A stretch of DNA of 64,000 nt from Candidatus Latescibacterota bacterium (GCA_965205485.1 OZ242180.1:1792001-1856000), one strand, 5' to 3'; numbered from the stretch's first letter, positions 1 through 10,632 are shown. Numbers and translations are program-made. Notes: generated from the letters alone by a model not told the origin.

Positions 1-193
1 CGTCCGCCTGAATGCGAGGGTCGTTCCACTTGCGTTCCATGCCGTCCCTGAGCGCGTCGACCTCCTCGACATTGAGCACGTTTTCCATGAAATAATAGCC
101 GTCGCGGCTGAACTGGTCCACGATCTTCCGCGTGGTTTCTTCGTCGAAGGCCTGGGCGTCTTTCGCGATGACACTATCGTTGTATGGTTTCAT
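1..193 (-). CDS. Phytanoyl-CoA dioxygenase (PhyH) family protein, N-terminal part (runs off the window edge)
   Basis: Manual translation from ATG at 193 (RBS GAGGAGG upstream): MKPYNDSVIAKDAQAFDEETTRKIVDQFSRDGYYFMENVLNVEEVDALR..., matching the typical PhyH N-terminal 'F..DGY....VL...EV..LR' motif. Not in the ORF track because it is truncated. Confidence 0.75.
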   Translation of the reverse strand, partial: MKPYNDSVIAKDAQAFDEETTRKIVDQFSRDGYYFMENVLNVEEVDALRDGMERKWNDPRIQAD

Positions 194-303
194 CAAACCC
201 TCCTCAACCTCAACGGATCGGCGGACTGCGGAACCTGCGGAATATAGGAATCGACCCGGGCGGACACAATGAAATTGAAGGCGGGCGCACAGACCCTTTT
301 TCT

Positions 304-332
304 TTGACATCCGCGGGAAACTGTGCCATCAT
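304..332 (+). promoter_or_regulatory. Putative sigma-70 promoter
   Basis: TTGACA-N17-CATCAT upstream of the 430 gene. Confidence 0.35.
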
Positions 333-429
333 GGCAGCATTGCCAGGCACATCGCCGCCGCAATGCGGAACGAGAGGCCGTACGCGTCTATCCACAACAC
401 CTGGATCCACAGTCGATATGGAGGAATGC

Positions 430-1479
430 ATGGCCGTAAGCACTCAGGATTTGCAGGCGGTTATCGACGGTTTTCCAAGAACGGGACTGGCGGAACTGCC
501 CACGCCCCTGCACGATTGTCCACGTTTCTCGGAAGCGCTGGGTGGGAAGGTGAGGGTACTGGTAAAGCGGGACGATCTGACCGGTCTCGCGTTTGGTGGA
601 AACAAGACGCGCAAGTTCGATCTTGCCCTGGGCGACGCGCTGGCGGACGGGGCCACGGCGTTGATCACCGGGGCGGCGTCGCAGTCCAACCACGCGCGGC
701 AGGCGGCTGCTGCCGCGGCGAAGCTGGGCATGAAATGCGTGCTGGTGAACCGCCACGACCATCGAAGTCTGATGGGTATTCAGGGAAATCAGCTTCTGGA
801 CAATATCTTTGGCGCTGACGTGAGGCTGGTTGCGGAAGGGGTCAGCCAGGAAGAGGTGAAGAACCGGGCGGCGGAGGAACTGAGGGCGCAGGGAGAGAAA
901 CCCTATGTCATCGGGCGGCGGGCCGTGGTATTGGGTACGGTGGCGTACGTCGGCTGTCTGCTGGAGATCGTAAAGCAACTCGAGGCGATGGACACGCGAA
1001 CGGATTTCATCTGTACGGCATCCGGTCACGGTACGCACGCGGGTCTGGCATTGGGCGTCAAGGCGCTCGGGCTGCCGGTTCGCACGCAGGGATTCTCGCC
1101 GAGCAGGGGAGACAACGCGCGGCGAAACGCGCATATTGCGGAAGTCGCCAACGAAACCGCAGCGCTGATGGAACTGGATATTCAGATGTCGGCCGGTGAA
1201 ATGGAGAATACGGACGCCTACGTGGGCGAGAACTACGGGATTGTCACCGAAGCCGGGCTGGACGCATTGCACCTGCTGGCGAGGACGGAGGGCATCCTGC
1301 TGGATCCGGTATACACGGGAAAGGCGATGTCCGGGGTGATCGACCGGATCCGGACGGGAGAGATTTCTTCAGGATCGACGGTCGTATACGTACACACGGG
1401 GGGAAACCCCGCGCTGTTCGCGTACGCGCCCGAGCTTATCGCACACGGCGACTATCGCCAGAACATCATAACCGCGTGA
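430..1479 (+). CDS. D-cysteine desulfhydrase / ACC deaminase family PLP enzyme
   Basis: Motifs PTPL, KRDDLTGLAFGGNKTRK, QSNHAR, EGILLDPVYTGKA, HTGG. Start moved to ATG 430 behind GGAGG. Confidence 0.9.
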   Translation: MAVSTQDLQAVIDGFPRTGLAELPTPLHDCPRFSEALGGKVRVLVKRDDLTGLAFGGNKTRKFDLALGDALADGATALITGAASQSNHARQAAAAAAKLGMKCVLVNRHDHRSLMGIQGNQLLDNIFGADVRLVAEGVSQEEVKNRAAEELRAQGEKPYVIGRRAVVLGTVAYVGCLLEIVKQLEAMDTRTDFICTASGHGTHAGLALGVKALGLPVRTQGFSPSRGDNARRNAHIAEVANETAALMELDIQMSAGEMENTDAYVGENYGIVTEAGLDALHLLARTEGILLDPVYTGKAMSGVIDRIRTGEISSGSTVVYVHTGGNPALFAYAPELIAHGDYRQNIITA

Positions 1480-1528
1480 GGCAGAAGGCAAATCTATAAG
1501 GGCGCTATTGCGCCTGAGGAGGATTGAG

Positions 1529-2314
1529 ATGACGGACGACGAAAAATATCTCTTCGATCTGAACGGGTACCTGGTACTCAAAGATGTTCTGACGCCGGAG
1601 GAAGTCGACCGCTGCAACGAGGCGATCGATCGCCATGACGATCAGCTCAGGGAGAGGGAGGGGTCGCTCACGATCGGCGCGCCGGCGCTTGGGGGCACGT
1701 CGAACAGGAAGGACCTGGGCGGAATGCTGGCTTGGGAGCGGCCGTGGTGCGAACCCTTCAGGGCGATGCTCGTGCATCCCCGTGTGATGCCCTATCTGCA
1801 CGTGATCCTGGGCAAGGGATATCGGCTGGATCACGGGCCGGGTCTGATCGCCATGGACAAGGGCTGCGAAGGGGGCACGCTGCACGGGGGCGGCGTGGAA
1901 CGTCCGGACCTTTCAGAAGCGTATTTTTTCAAGAGCGGACGCATCTACTGCGGGCTGACCGTCGTGGAATATCTGCTGGCGGACGAGGGGCCGGGCGACG
2001 GGGGCGTGGCCGTGTTGCCGGGAAGCCACAAGGCGAATCTGGCGTGCCCCAGGGAGATGACGCGGGGTGAGAAATACCAGGAACACGTGGTGGAGGTCAG
2101 CGCGCGCGCCGGAGACGTGGTGATTTTTACCGAGACGCTGACCCACGGGACGTTGCCGTGGACGGCCGACCATCAGCGGCGGGCGCTGCTGTACAAGTTC
2201 AGCCCGGGATTTCAGTCCTACGGGGTGGGCGCGCATTCAGTGACGTATCCTGACTACATCATGGACATGACGGAGGCGGAACGGGCGGTGATGGAACATC
2301 CGCATTACCGTTAG
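1529..2314 (+). CDS. Phytanoyl-CoA dioxygenase (PhyH) family protein
   Basis: YLFDLNGYLVLKDVL, PGSHK, AGDVVIFTETLTHG; RBS GAGGAGG. Confidence 0.85.
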   Translation: MTDDEKYLFDLNGYLVLKDVLTPEEVDRCNEAIDRHDDQLREREGSLTIGAPALGGTSNRKDLGGMLAWERPWCEPFRAMLVHPRVMPYLHVILGKGYRLDHGPGLIAMDKGCEGGTLHGGGVERPDLSEAYFFKSGRIYCGLTVVEYLLADEGPGDGGVAVLPGSHKANLACPREMTRGEKYQEHVVEVSARAGDVVIFTETLTHGTLPWTADHQRRALLYKFSPGFQSYGVGAHSVTYPDYIMDMTEAERAVMEHPHYR

Positions 2315-2358
2315 CATTGATTGGGTTGCGGCAAAACACAGCGTTGCAGGGAGACGGA

Positions 2359-2925
2359 ATGCCGACGTTCGGAGCAGCGGCGGTTGTCATTTCTGAAGGG
2401 AACGTGCTGCTGATCAAGAGGCGGGACTGCGAGGTCTGGGCATTGCCGGGCGGGAACGTCGAGGCAGGAGAGACCGTCGCGGAAACGGCCATTCGGGAGG
2501 TCGAGGAAGAAACGGGGATTGAAATCGAGCTGACGCGGCTTGTGGGGATCTACGCAAGTCCGCGGTGGCTTTCAGGCGGCAACCACAGCGTCGTCTTTGC
2601 GGCCCGACCTCTCAGCCAGGAAATCACGCCGCAACCGGAGGAGGTTATCGAATCCGGTTATTTTTGTGCCCTTCAGTTGCCGGAACCCTTTGTCTGGTGG
2701 CACCGCCGGTGGATCGGCGATACACTGAACGGCGCCTGTGGAACGGTCTGTCTGCAGGACCGGATCTGGCCGTGGGAAGCCGGCGTGAACCGGAGTGACC
2801 TGCGCCGGGTATTTCAGGAATCCGGAATGTCTCCGCAGGCGTTCTTTCAGAAATACCTGACTCGGACAGGCGCCGAACGAGAACGCGTTCTGGTTGAGCC
2901 TGGAGGCGGAGTACCAGGGGTATGA
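2359..2925 (+). CDS. NUDIX hydrolase
   Basis: Nudix box GGNVEAGETVAETAIREVEEETG. Confidence 0.9.
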   Translation: MPTFGAAAVVISEGNVLLIKRRDCEVWALPGGNVEAGETVAETAIREVEEETGIEIELTRLVGIYASPRWLSGGNHSVVFAARPLSQEITPQPEEVIESGYFCALQLPEPFVWWHRRWIGDTLNGACGTVCLQDRIWPWEAGVNRSDLRRVFQESGMSPQAFFQKYLTRTGAERERVLVEPGGGVPGV

Positions 2926-4130
2926 CTTATGACCTGGTGTTGAAAGGCGCCACCGTGATTGACGGCGCCCAGGGATTGAACGGGGCGTACGACGTCGCGG
3001 TGCAGGGTGAAAAGATCGCCGCCGTGGAGAAGGAAATCGCGGAGCCCGCCAAAGAAACGGTGGATCTGGAAGGGAGGATTCTGACGCCGGGCTGGGTCGA
3101 TATCCACACCCACATCTACGCGGGATCGACCACCTGGGGCATCCGGGGAGATGCGCTGTGCCTGGCGACCGGCGTGACAACGGTCGTGGACGCGGGCAGC
3201 CCGGGCTGGGCGAATTTCATGGGGTTCCACGATTACGTCGCGGCCCCGGCGCGGACGCAGGTCCTTACATTCGTACACATCAGCGGAATCGGGTTGACCT
3301 GCGGACCCGTGGGTGAGATGCTGGACCTGAGGTATGCGGATCCGGAACGTACGGCGTACATCATCGGTCGATGGCCGGAACTCTGCGTGGGCGTGAAGGT
3401 TCGCGAGGGAAGCCATCAGGTGGGGGACAACGGGGTGGCGCCGCTGAAACTTGCGGTAAAGGCCGCGGAGCTTTCGGATTCGAGGGTGATGGTACACGCC
3501 GGAGCCGGCGTTCCTCTGCCGGACGTCCTGAGCGAGGTTCGCCCGGGCGATATCGTCACCCACTGTTACCATGGCGGCGGCGATACGATCCTCGGCGTAG
3601 CGGGACGGGTTATTCCGGAGGTTTGGGCGGCGAGGGAACGGGGGGTCCTGTTCGACCTCGGACACGGTGGCGGAAGTTTCCTGTTCGAAGTTGCCAAAAA
3701 GGCGCTGGCGCAGGGTTTTCCTTCAGACGTGATCAGCACGGACCTGCACGTGCTTTGTCTAAACGATCCGGTTTACAGTCTGCCCGAAACGGCCTCCAAG
3801 ATGCTGAACCTCGGAATGGAGTTGCCGGAGGTCGTCTACCAGACAACGGCCGCGCCGGCCGCGGCGATCGGACGGGACGATGAACTGGGTACGTTGAAGG
3901 TCGGGACCGTTGCGGATCTGGCGGCGTTCGAGGTGCGGGACGGCGCGTTCGAGTTCAGGGATGTCCGTGACAACCTGGACGTGGGTTCGCGGATGATTAC
4001 GCCGGTGTTGACCGTTCGCAAGGGAAGAGTCTACCGGCCGGATGACCTGAATGACGAGATCGCGGAGACGTTTCAACGGGCGCGAGAGATGAAAGCGCTG
4101 GTGAGGGGTAGTGTTCTGTCCCGGAAATAA
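2922..4130 (+). CDS. Amidohydrolase / dihydroorotase-like deacetylase
   Basis: PGWVDIHTH, GVTTVVDAGS, GDIVTHC, FDLGHGGGSF, ISTDLH. The last codons and the stop lie inside a MITE-like repeat. Confidence 0.88.
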   Translation: MTYDLVLKGATVIDGAQGLNGAYDVAVQGEKIAAVEKEIAEPAKETVDLEGRILTPGWVDIHTHIYAGSTTWGIRGDALCLATGVTTVVDAGSPGWANFMGFHDYVAAPARTQVLTFVHISGIGLTCGPVGEMLDLRYADPERTAYIIGRWPELCVGVKVREGSHQVGDNGVAPLKLAVKAAELSDSRVMVHAGAGVPLPDVLSEVRPGDIVTHCYHGGGDTILGVAGRVIPEVWAARERGVLFDLGHGGGSFLFEVAKKALAQGFPSDVISTDLHVLCLNDPVYSLPETASKMLNLGMELPEVVYQTTAAPAAAIGRDDELGTLKVGTVADLAAFEVRDGAFEFRDVRDNLDVGSRMITPVLTVRKGRVYRPDDLNDEIAETFQRAREMKALVRGSVLSRK

Positions 4131-4288
4131 GTTGCCAAAATTCGACCGTCGAGTCGCCTGGCTCGCAAGGCGCCACCGACCTGCGTAAGGTCGGCGAGCG
4201 AGGGCACTTCGACAAGCTCAGCACAGGAAACGTAGCGAGACAGGATGAATCGGCGGTCGAATGGTGAGGAATTTTTGGGACAGGACAG
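4111..4288 (+). mobile_element. MITE-like element, family A, copy 1
   Basis: Terminal inverted repeats GTGTTCTGTCCCGGAAAT...ATTTTTGGGACAGGACAG flanked by TA on both sides; homologous to 18613-18774 and 31966-32286. Confidence 0.7.
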
Positions 4289-4365
4289 TAGGTTCGACAG
4301 GACGTTTCCGAAGTAGATCGAACGCTCCGCGCACCGCATTTGAAGATACAGGAAGGAAGCATCTC

Positions 4366-5949
4366 ATGTTGTTGACAGGTGCCGAAGTGCTGGTCGAGGG
4401 TCTGATTGCGGCCGGGGTAAGGCACCTGTTTTCGCTTTCGGGCAATCAGATCCTTTCGGTCTACGATGCGACCATCGGGCGGGACATCGAACTGATTCAC
4501 ACCCGCCACGAAGCCGCGGCCGTCCATATGGCGGACGGCTGGGGGAGGTTGACGGAGGAGCCCGGTGTCGCGCTGCTGACGGCGGGGCCCGGACACTGCA
4601 ACGGGCTGACGGCGCTCTACGTGGCGCTGATGGCGGAGTCGCCGCTGTTGATGCTGAGCGGTCACTGTCCGGAGGCGCAGATCGGAAAAGGCGCGTTCCA
4701 GGAGATCGACCAGGCGGCCGCGGCGCGGCCCGTGGCGAAGGCGTCCTGGCGGATAGAGAGAAGCGAAGATCTGGAAGGCGACCTGTCCAGGGCGCTGGAT
4801 CAGGCGGTGTCCGGCCGGCCCGGCCCGGTGCATTTAAGCCTGCCCTCGGACGTGCTGGAGGCATCCGCGCGGCAGGTTCCGGGGACCGGTTCGAGACGTG
4901 CGGCGGAGGCGGCGGAAGAAGACCTGGACGCCGTGCTGGCGCTGCTGAACAAGGCGGGCCGGCCGCTGATCCTGGCCGGACCCGCGATGGGGCGGGGGCA
5001 GCGCTGGCTGGCCGTGGAAGCGCTGGCTGCGGCAACGGGGATTCCCGCGCTGCCGATGGAAAGCCCGCGCGGCGTGAACGATCCGGCGCTGCGCCGGGCG
5101 GTCACGTGTCTGGCGAGTGCCGACGTGGTGCTTCTGCTTGGCAAGAAGCTCGATTTTTCGCTGCGCTTCGGTCAGCCCCCGTTTTTTTCGGAACAGCGAA
5201 GGTTCATTCAGATCGACGCGGACCTGTGCGAATTGAGGGACGGTGCGGCGTTGCGGCTGCGCGCGGACCCGTGGGAAGCGGCGCGGCGGCTTGTGGAAAT
5301 GGCGCGCGAGCGATCCTGGAATTCCGGGTCGTGGCGGCCGGACGTGGACAGTCTGCGTGTCGCCACGCCGGCTGACTGGGACGGCCTGTTGCGCCCGGCC
5401 GCGAGCCCCGTGCATCCGTTGGGCGTGTGCGATGCGGTGCAGCCGTTCCTGGACGACGGGGCGATTTTCGTGAGCGACGGCGGGGAGTTCGGGCAGTGGG
5501 CACAGGCGGGCCTTGCGGCGGAGATCAGGTTGATCAACGGACCCTCCGGCGCAATCGGGAGCGCGCTGCCGATGGGGCTGGCGGCAAAGCTGGCCTATCC
5601 GGACAGGGCCGTGTTCGTAATGCTGGGAGACGGGACGTTCGGTTACCATGCGATGGAACTGGATACGGCGCTGCGCTATGGGCTGCCGGTGGTCGCAATC
5701 GTTGGAAACGACGCTCGGTGGAATGCCGAGCATCAACTGCAGGTCGAAACCTATGGGCCCGATCGTACCATCGGGTGCGATCTGCTGGATACAAGATACG
5801 ATCGGGTGACGGAGGCCCTGGGAGGATACGGGGCCTTCGTGGACCGCGCGGAAGACCTCCCTGCTGCGCTGAACGAAGCGGTGGCGTCCGGCCTTCCCGC
5901 GTGTGTGAACGTGGCAATTGAACCTGCCGCCGCGCCGGTTTTTCGGTGA
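4366..5949 (+). CDS. Thiamine-diphosphate-dependent enzyme (acetolactate synthase / 2-hydroxyacyl-CoA lyase-like)
   Basis: TRHEAAAVHMADG, TAGPG, GAFQEIDQ, RPGPVHL, and ThDP motif GDGTFG...GND. Confidence 0.9.
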   Translation: MLLTGAEVLVEGLIAAGVRHLFSLSGNQILSVYDATIGRDIELIHTRHEAAAVHMADGWGRLTEEPGVALLTAGPGHCNGLTALYVALMAESPLLMLSGHCPEAQIGKGAFQEIDQAAAARPVAKASWRIERSEDLEGDLSRALDQAVSGRPGPVHLSLPSDVLEASARQVPGTGSRRAAEAAEEDLDAVLALLNKAGRPLILAGPAMGRGQRWLAVEALAAATGIPALPMESPRGVNDPALRRAVTCLASADVVLLLGKKLDFSLRFGQPPFFSEQRRFIQIDADLCELRDGAALRLRADPWEAARRLVEMARERSWNSGSWRPDVDSLRVATPADWDGLLRPAASPVHPLGVCDAVQPFLDDGAIFVSDGGEFGQWAQAGLAAEIRLINGPSGAIGSALPMGLAAKLAYPDRAVFVMLGDGTFGYHAMELDTALRYGLPVVAIVGNDARWNAEHQLQVETYGPDRTIGCDLLDTRYDRVTEALGGYGAFVDRAEDLPAALNEAVASGLPACVNVAIEPAAAPVFR

Positions 5950-5953
5950 AAGG

Positions 5954-6075
5954 CAGCCATCAGCTCTCAGCCGTCAGCGGTCAGCTAAAGGCGAACGGCA
6001 AGGTCAAAAGCAAACCATCCGCCCGGCCCCGCAAACCTCTCTCCCCGGCCCTCTCTCCTAAAGGAAAGAGGGTGC
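5954..6075 (+). repeat. Intergenic repeat family F (CAGCNNT heptamers + CCTCTCTCCCCGGCCCTCTCTCC hairpin)
   Basis: Reverse-complement copies at about 48552-48685 and 53835-53905; partial copy at 34274-34292. Confidence 0.7.
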
Positions 6076-6408
6076 AAGGCCGGCGGTTGCCCTATCAATG
6101 CATTTCACAACTGGCGACCGGGGGCATGGGGGGTTTTTCCGTGCTGTTCCGTCCAGCGCATCCGCACTGGCATTGCTGAAGTGTTTGTAGGCCACACAAA
6201 TCCCGTTCATTCCTCAGGAGTGATTCACGGAAAAACCGGCCCCCTGCCGAAGGGCGCGCTTCTTTTTGGTCCTTTCATACGCGCATAAGAAAAAGGACGT
6301 AAAAGAAAGAAAACAAAGGATTTATGAGAAAAACAGGTATGCAAATGACAAACCTGTAGTTCGCCTGTCAATACGAAATCATGCCTACGGCGTGTTCCTA
6401 AAAAGCAG

Positions 6409-6528
6409 GGAGACGGAAGACGGGAGAGATCGGATGCCGTAAAGGGTTTCTTTTCATGCCGGAGGCAATACAGGATCAAATTCCGGGCAAGGATTTCTTC
6501 TACCGTCTACCGTCTCCCCTCTCACCGA
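6409..6528 (-). repeat. Structured intergenic repeat family C
   Basis: Reverse complement of the CCTTGCC..TGCCTCCGGCA.GAAAA..GGCA core flanked by AGACGG(T/G)/CCGTCT heptamers; five more copies in the window. Confidence 0.7.
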
Positions 6529-6608
6529 CTCTCGAACAAGGGCAAGGGAATAGGGGACGTTAGGGCGGGGGTGGGATTTCAACCTCGCAAATGCAGTTGG
6601 AGGGAGAT

Positions 6609-7831
6609 GTGCGCGCGGAAATTGTGATGATCGGAACCGAGCTTCTGCTGGGGGAAATCGTGGACACCAACGCGAATCTGCTGGCGGTTGCGCTCCGGGA
6701 CATCGGGATTGACCTCTATTACAAGACCACCGTGGGAGACAACGAGGACCGCATAACGGAGGTACTCGATCTCGCGCTGGATCGTTCCGATGCGGTAATC
6801 ACGTCAGGAGGCATCGGGCCGACCGTGGACGACGTGACCCGGCAGGCAATTGCGCGTGAACCGGTCGAAAGTTGATCTACAGCGAGGGGCTGGAACGACA
6901 GATTGCGGCGCGTTTCCGAAACTTCGGGCGCAAGATGGCCGCAAACAACAAACGCCAGGCGTACCTGCCTGAAGGCGCGCTGCCGCTTGAGAACCCCGTC
7001 GGGACCGCGCCATGTTTTCTCAGCGAAGATTCAGGGGGTCGGGGGTTCATTGTCTGCCTGCCCGGCGTGCCCCGGGAATTGGCGCACATGACGGAGCATA
7101 CCGTCGTGCCGCTGCTCGTCGAGAGGATGGGCGGCGTGAAGGTCATCCGGGTGCGGGTACTTCGGACGTGCGCGGTGGGCGAAAGCAATATCGATCGGGG
7201 CATCGGAGACCTGATGACTTCGTCGAATCCGACGGTTGGCCTGGCCGCTCACGCGGGCCAGACGGACGTTCGCATAGCAGCCAGGGCCGGTTCGGAGGCG
7301 GACGCCGAAGCGATGATTGCCGGCATGGAGTCCGAACTCCGGAGCCGGCTGGGCGTGGCGGTCTACGGTGTAGACAAAGAGACCGTGGCCGAGGTCGTAG
7401 GCGGGTTGCTGTCAAAACGGGATTTGAAGCTGGGCGTGGTGGATACCCTGACCGGGGGACAACTGTCGCGGGAATTGAACGAAGCGGGATTCGAGAGCGT
7501 CATCGCCTCGGATTTGTACGGGAGCCACGCCGATCAGGCGGTAGTTGATGCACGCGACGGATTGCAGCAAGACGGCGATGAGCGGACGCTGGCGGGAATT
7601 CTTGCGGAGCAGGTTGCGCCTGAAGGCGGCGTGGGGCTGGCAATGATCGGTCCTTTGGCGGGTAGATCGACGGCCATTGCGGTCCGTGGGCCGGGCGACC
7701 TGAAGACGAACGAAGTGGGGCGACGCTTCGAAGACTCGGACCTGGTTCGACGGTGGACGGTGATGCTGGGACTGGACCGCGTCAGAAGGGCGGTGCTGGG
7801 TGTGCTGGAATCACCGGTGGATTGGAACTAA
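6609..7831 (+). pseudogene. cinA: CinA family competence/damage-inducible protein, frameshifted
   Basis: ORF 6591-6875 (IGTELLLGEIVDTNA, TVGDN, SGGIGPTVDDVT) continues in another frame as 6872-7831 (NPVGTAP, LPGVPREL, GESNID). One base appears to be missing near 6858-6860. Confidence 0.85.
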
Positions 7832-7862
7832 CCGGCAAGTCATCGTGACAGGAGGATGACCC

Positions 7863-9245
7863 ATGGCTGGCGCGAGAGACATAGGCTCCAGACTCGAGCT
7901 GTTCGTCGATGACTGGCTGATCGACACGATGACGAACACGAGCCTCAAGCTCCATCCTCCGGCGCCGGCTGAGGTCGCCCTCGACTTCGACCAGTCCTGG
8001 GAAGGGGAGACGTCGTGGGTCGCCAACGTCATCCTAGACGACGGGCGCTACCGCCTCTGGTACCGCGCCACCGGCCCCGATGGAACGAACCGGACGACCT
8101 GTTACGCCGAAAGCCCCGACGGCATCCACTTCGTGCGTCCAATCCTCGGGCTCCACGAATTCGACGGGTCTAAGGAGAACAACATCGTCATGGGGGCCAC
8201 GCACTGGAACGCCTGCGTCTTCAGGGATCCCAACCGGGCCGCGCCGGACTCACAGCGGTACAAGGGCTTCCTGAGGGGAAAGAAGCTGGACGGGCGCTGC
8301 ACGATTTACGGCTACGGTTCGCCCGACGGCATCCATTGGGAGTTGATCCAGGATGGGCCGATCCTGCATGCCCCACCCGACGGCCGCCCCAACTTCGACT
8401 CACCGAACGTGGCTTTCTGGGACGTCAATATTCGGAAATACGTCAGCTACCTGCGGGGTTTCACGTCCGGTTGCAATAGTGTGGGGGACCCCACTCAGGG
8501 TGGCGTCTACCGGTCGATTCGGAGGTCTGAGTCGGTCGACTTCCTGGACTGGTCCGTCCCGGAGCTGATTGACATGGGCGGACGGCAGAAGGAGCACCTG
8601 TACACCAACGCGGCGACCCAGTACTTCCGCGCTCCGCACGTCTACCTGATGTTCCCCAAGCGGCTTCGGCTCGGCCGGAAGTTCCACAGGGACTGGGTGT
8701 CCGACGGCCTGTCCGAGGGGGTCTTCATGTCCAGCCGTGACGGCATCAGGTGGGACCGCCGGTTCATGGGTCCGTTCATCCGTCCGGGCCTTGACTCGAG
8801 GAACTGGAATGAGCGGAATATGGCGGCCGGCGTGGGCGTTGTTCCCACCGGATCCGGGGAGATCTCGATCTACTACGTGGAGAATTACCGGAACCCGACG
8901 TGCCGGCTCCGTCGGGGCGTCCTCAGGACCGACGGTTTCGTCTCCGTCAACGCGCCCTTCAGCGGAGGCGAGATCGTAACCAGGCCCTTCACGTTCGCCG
9001 GCAGTGAACTGGTCGTCAACTACTCGACGTCGGTGGCCGGCGAGATCCGGTTCGAGCTGCAGGACGAGCAGGGAAAGTCGATCGAGGGCCGCTCGCTGTC
9101 CGAAAGCGCCGAGATCTTTGGAGACGAGATTGCGCGGGCGGTCAGCTGGGACAGCGGATCGGACGTATCCGCGCTGGCCGGAAGGCCGGTGCGTCTGCGC
9201 GCTGTGATGAAGGCGGCCGACCTCTACGCCATACGCTTCAGGTGA
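7863..9245 (+). CDS. Hypothetical beta-propeller glycoside hydrolase-like protein
   Basis: ELFVDDWLID, repeated S.DGI(H/R)W boxes, FDSPN, LRTDGFVS, C-terminal LAGRPVRLR...ADLYAIRF. Confidence 0.65.
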   Translation: MAGARDIGSRLELFVDDWLIDTMTNTSLKLHPPAPAEVALDFDQSWEGETSWVANVILDDGRYRLWYRATGPDGTNRTTCYAESPDGIHFVRPILGLHEFDGSKENNIVMGATHWNACVFRDPNRAAPDSQRYKGFLRGKKLDGRCTIYGYGSPDGIHWELIQDGPILHAPPDGRPNFDSPNVAFWDVNIRKYVSYLRGFTSGCNSVGDPTQGGVYRSIRRSESVDFLDWSVPELIDMGGRQKEHLYTNAATQYFRAPHVYLMFPKRLRLGRKFHRDWVSDGLSEGVFMSSRDGIRWDRRFMGPFIRPGLDSRNWNERNMAAGVGVVPTGSGEISIYYVENYRNPTCRLRRGVLRTDGFVSVNAPFSGGEIVTRPFTFAGSELVVNYSTSVAGEIRFELQDEQGKSIEGRSLSESAEIFGDEIARAVSWDSGSDVSALAGRPVRLRAVMKAADLYAIRFR

Positions 9246-9336
9246 CGGATCGTGCTTGCGCCCCTGAGTACTCTTCAGAACATGGAGGCCAGCCGCTATG
9301 TCAGGAATGTGCGCGACGACAAAAGCGTAGCGGAAA

Positions 9337-10632
9337 ATGGAGGACATAGACATGACCGAATCAGGAAAGCCGGTATATCGGAAGCCGGTCCCCGAGGGCG
9401 TTATCGAACATATCGGAGTGGGCGTTGGAAGCGCGACGGCCATTGTTGAGGTGCATGACGGGCTTCTGATGATCGCGGGCCGCGGATGTTACCGGTCCGG
9501 AGACTCAGGGCGGACCTGGGAAAGAGCGGATGCGCCTGACTGGGAATCCCTCGGAGAAACTTCCTGCCTGTCCTGCGTCCGGCTGCAGTCGGGCGAGCTT
9601 GCTCTCGCGCACCTCGGAAGCGGGAATCTCCATCGCGGGTCCGAGATGTACAACTGGAATCCGTTTTACCTGTCCGTGTCGGACGACGACGGCCGGTCGT
9701 GGTCCGGAGGGTGGCCGATGAATCTGCTCGGGGGGCCGTATTACGATACGATGATTCAGATGCCCGGCGGCAGGCTGGTGATGCCGAGCCGGATTTGCCA
9801 CAGCAACAACCACCATTCGGGGCTGGAGTACGCGCGGGTGAGCAGCTACGGGACCTGGAAGCGTCGGCGCCTGCAGGTGAGCGGGCACTATCATTACCCG
9901 GAGGTGGATATCGCCGCTGTGAGTTATTCGGACGACGACGGCCGCACGTGGCAAATGTGCGGGGGTCAGTTGATGGGCTGGTTTGATGCCGAGGGCATAC
10001 CGAACGGTCGCGGCGGCATCACCGCCGTGGATGAACCCGGCGTGGCGGTGTGTCCGGACGGACGACTGATGATGATGGCGAGGTCCACGGTGGGGCGGCT
10101 GGTGCAGTGTTACAGCGAGGACGGGGGCGAGACCTGGACGCCCGTGGTTCCGAGCGACCTGGCCGCTTCCTATTCGCCGCCCAGGCTCAGGCGGATTCCG
10201 GGTACGGGCGACCTGATGTGTGTCTGGAACCAGACGTCGCGTGAGGAGATATTGAGAGGGTACCGGCGGGGAAGACTCTCGTCCGCGATATCCAGCGATG
10301 GCGGCGCGAGCTGGTCGCATTTCAGGACCATCGAACTCAGCGGCGGGATGGAGGACGTGGAGCGGGTCCCCCCTCAGTATCCCGTCAGCCCCGTGATCGC
10401 GCTTCCGGAACTGGGGACGCTGCCGGATGACTTCGCGACGTTCGACTACGCGAACATGTGGTTTCACGGCGACCGCGTGCTGCTGATGTATCATCGAAGC
10501 TGGGTGGAGGCGGATGAGAATACCGGCGAAGCCGTGACGCTCGGTGAACGGAAGCTCACGGCCAGGAAACCCGGGGAACTGGTGCTGCGTGTCTATCCAC
10601 TGGCGTGGTTCTACGACTGCAAAGGCGCTTGA
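9337..10632 (+). CDS. BNR/Asp-box repeat sialidase-like protein
   Basis: Five Asp-boxes: SGDSGRTW, SDDDGRSW, SDDDGRTW, SEDGGETW, SSDGGASW. Confidence 0.85.
   Translation: MEDIDMTESGKPVYRKPVPEGVIEHIGVGVGSATAIVEVHDGLLMIAGRGCYRSGDSGRTWERADAPDWESLGETSCLSCVRLQSGELALAHLGSGNLHRGSEMYNWNPFYLSVSDDDGRSWSGGWPMNLLGGPYYDTMIQMPGGRLVMPSRICHSNNHHSGLEYARVSSYGTWKRRRLQVSGHYHYPEVDIAAVSYSDDDGRTWQMCGGQLMGWFDAEGIPNGRGGITAVDEPGVAVCPDGRLMMMARSTVGRLVQCYSEDGGETWTPVVPSDLAASYSPPRLRRIPGTGDLMCVWNQTSREEILRGYRRGRLSSAISSDGGASWSHFRTIELSGGMEDVERVPPQYPVSPVIALPELGTLPDDFATFDYANMWFHGDRVLLMYHRSWVEADENTGEAVTLGERKLTARKPGELVLRVYPLAWFYDCKGA

Noticed and set aside
4261..4365. N-terminal extensions in the ORF track (184, 4261, 19907, 33410, 41447, 55112)
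   Set aside because: The extensions run through repeats, promoters or opposite-strand genes; downstream starts have an RBS and match family N-termini.
4290..4365. Riboswitches upstream of the ThDP enzyme, the SHMT-like gene, the methyltransferase or the NCS2/Tsx genes
   Set aside because: No TPP, glycine, SAM or purine aptamer core was recognised by eye; an Infernal search would be needed to exclude them formally.
5946..6479. Small ORFs in repeat islands (5946-6179, 6225-6479, 48147-48770, 52334-52768, 53334-53912)
   Set aside because: They are translations of the repeat modules; similar spurious peptides recur in each island.
6850..6880. Programmed frameshift in cinA
   Set aside because: There is no slippery heptamer or homopolymer at the junction; a simple indel or assembly error is more likely.
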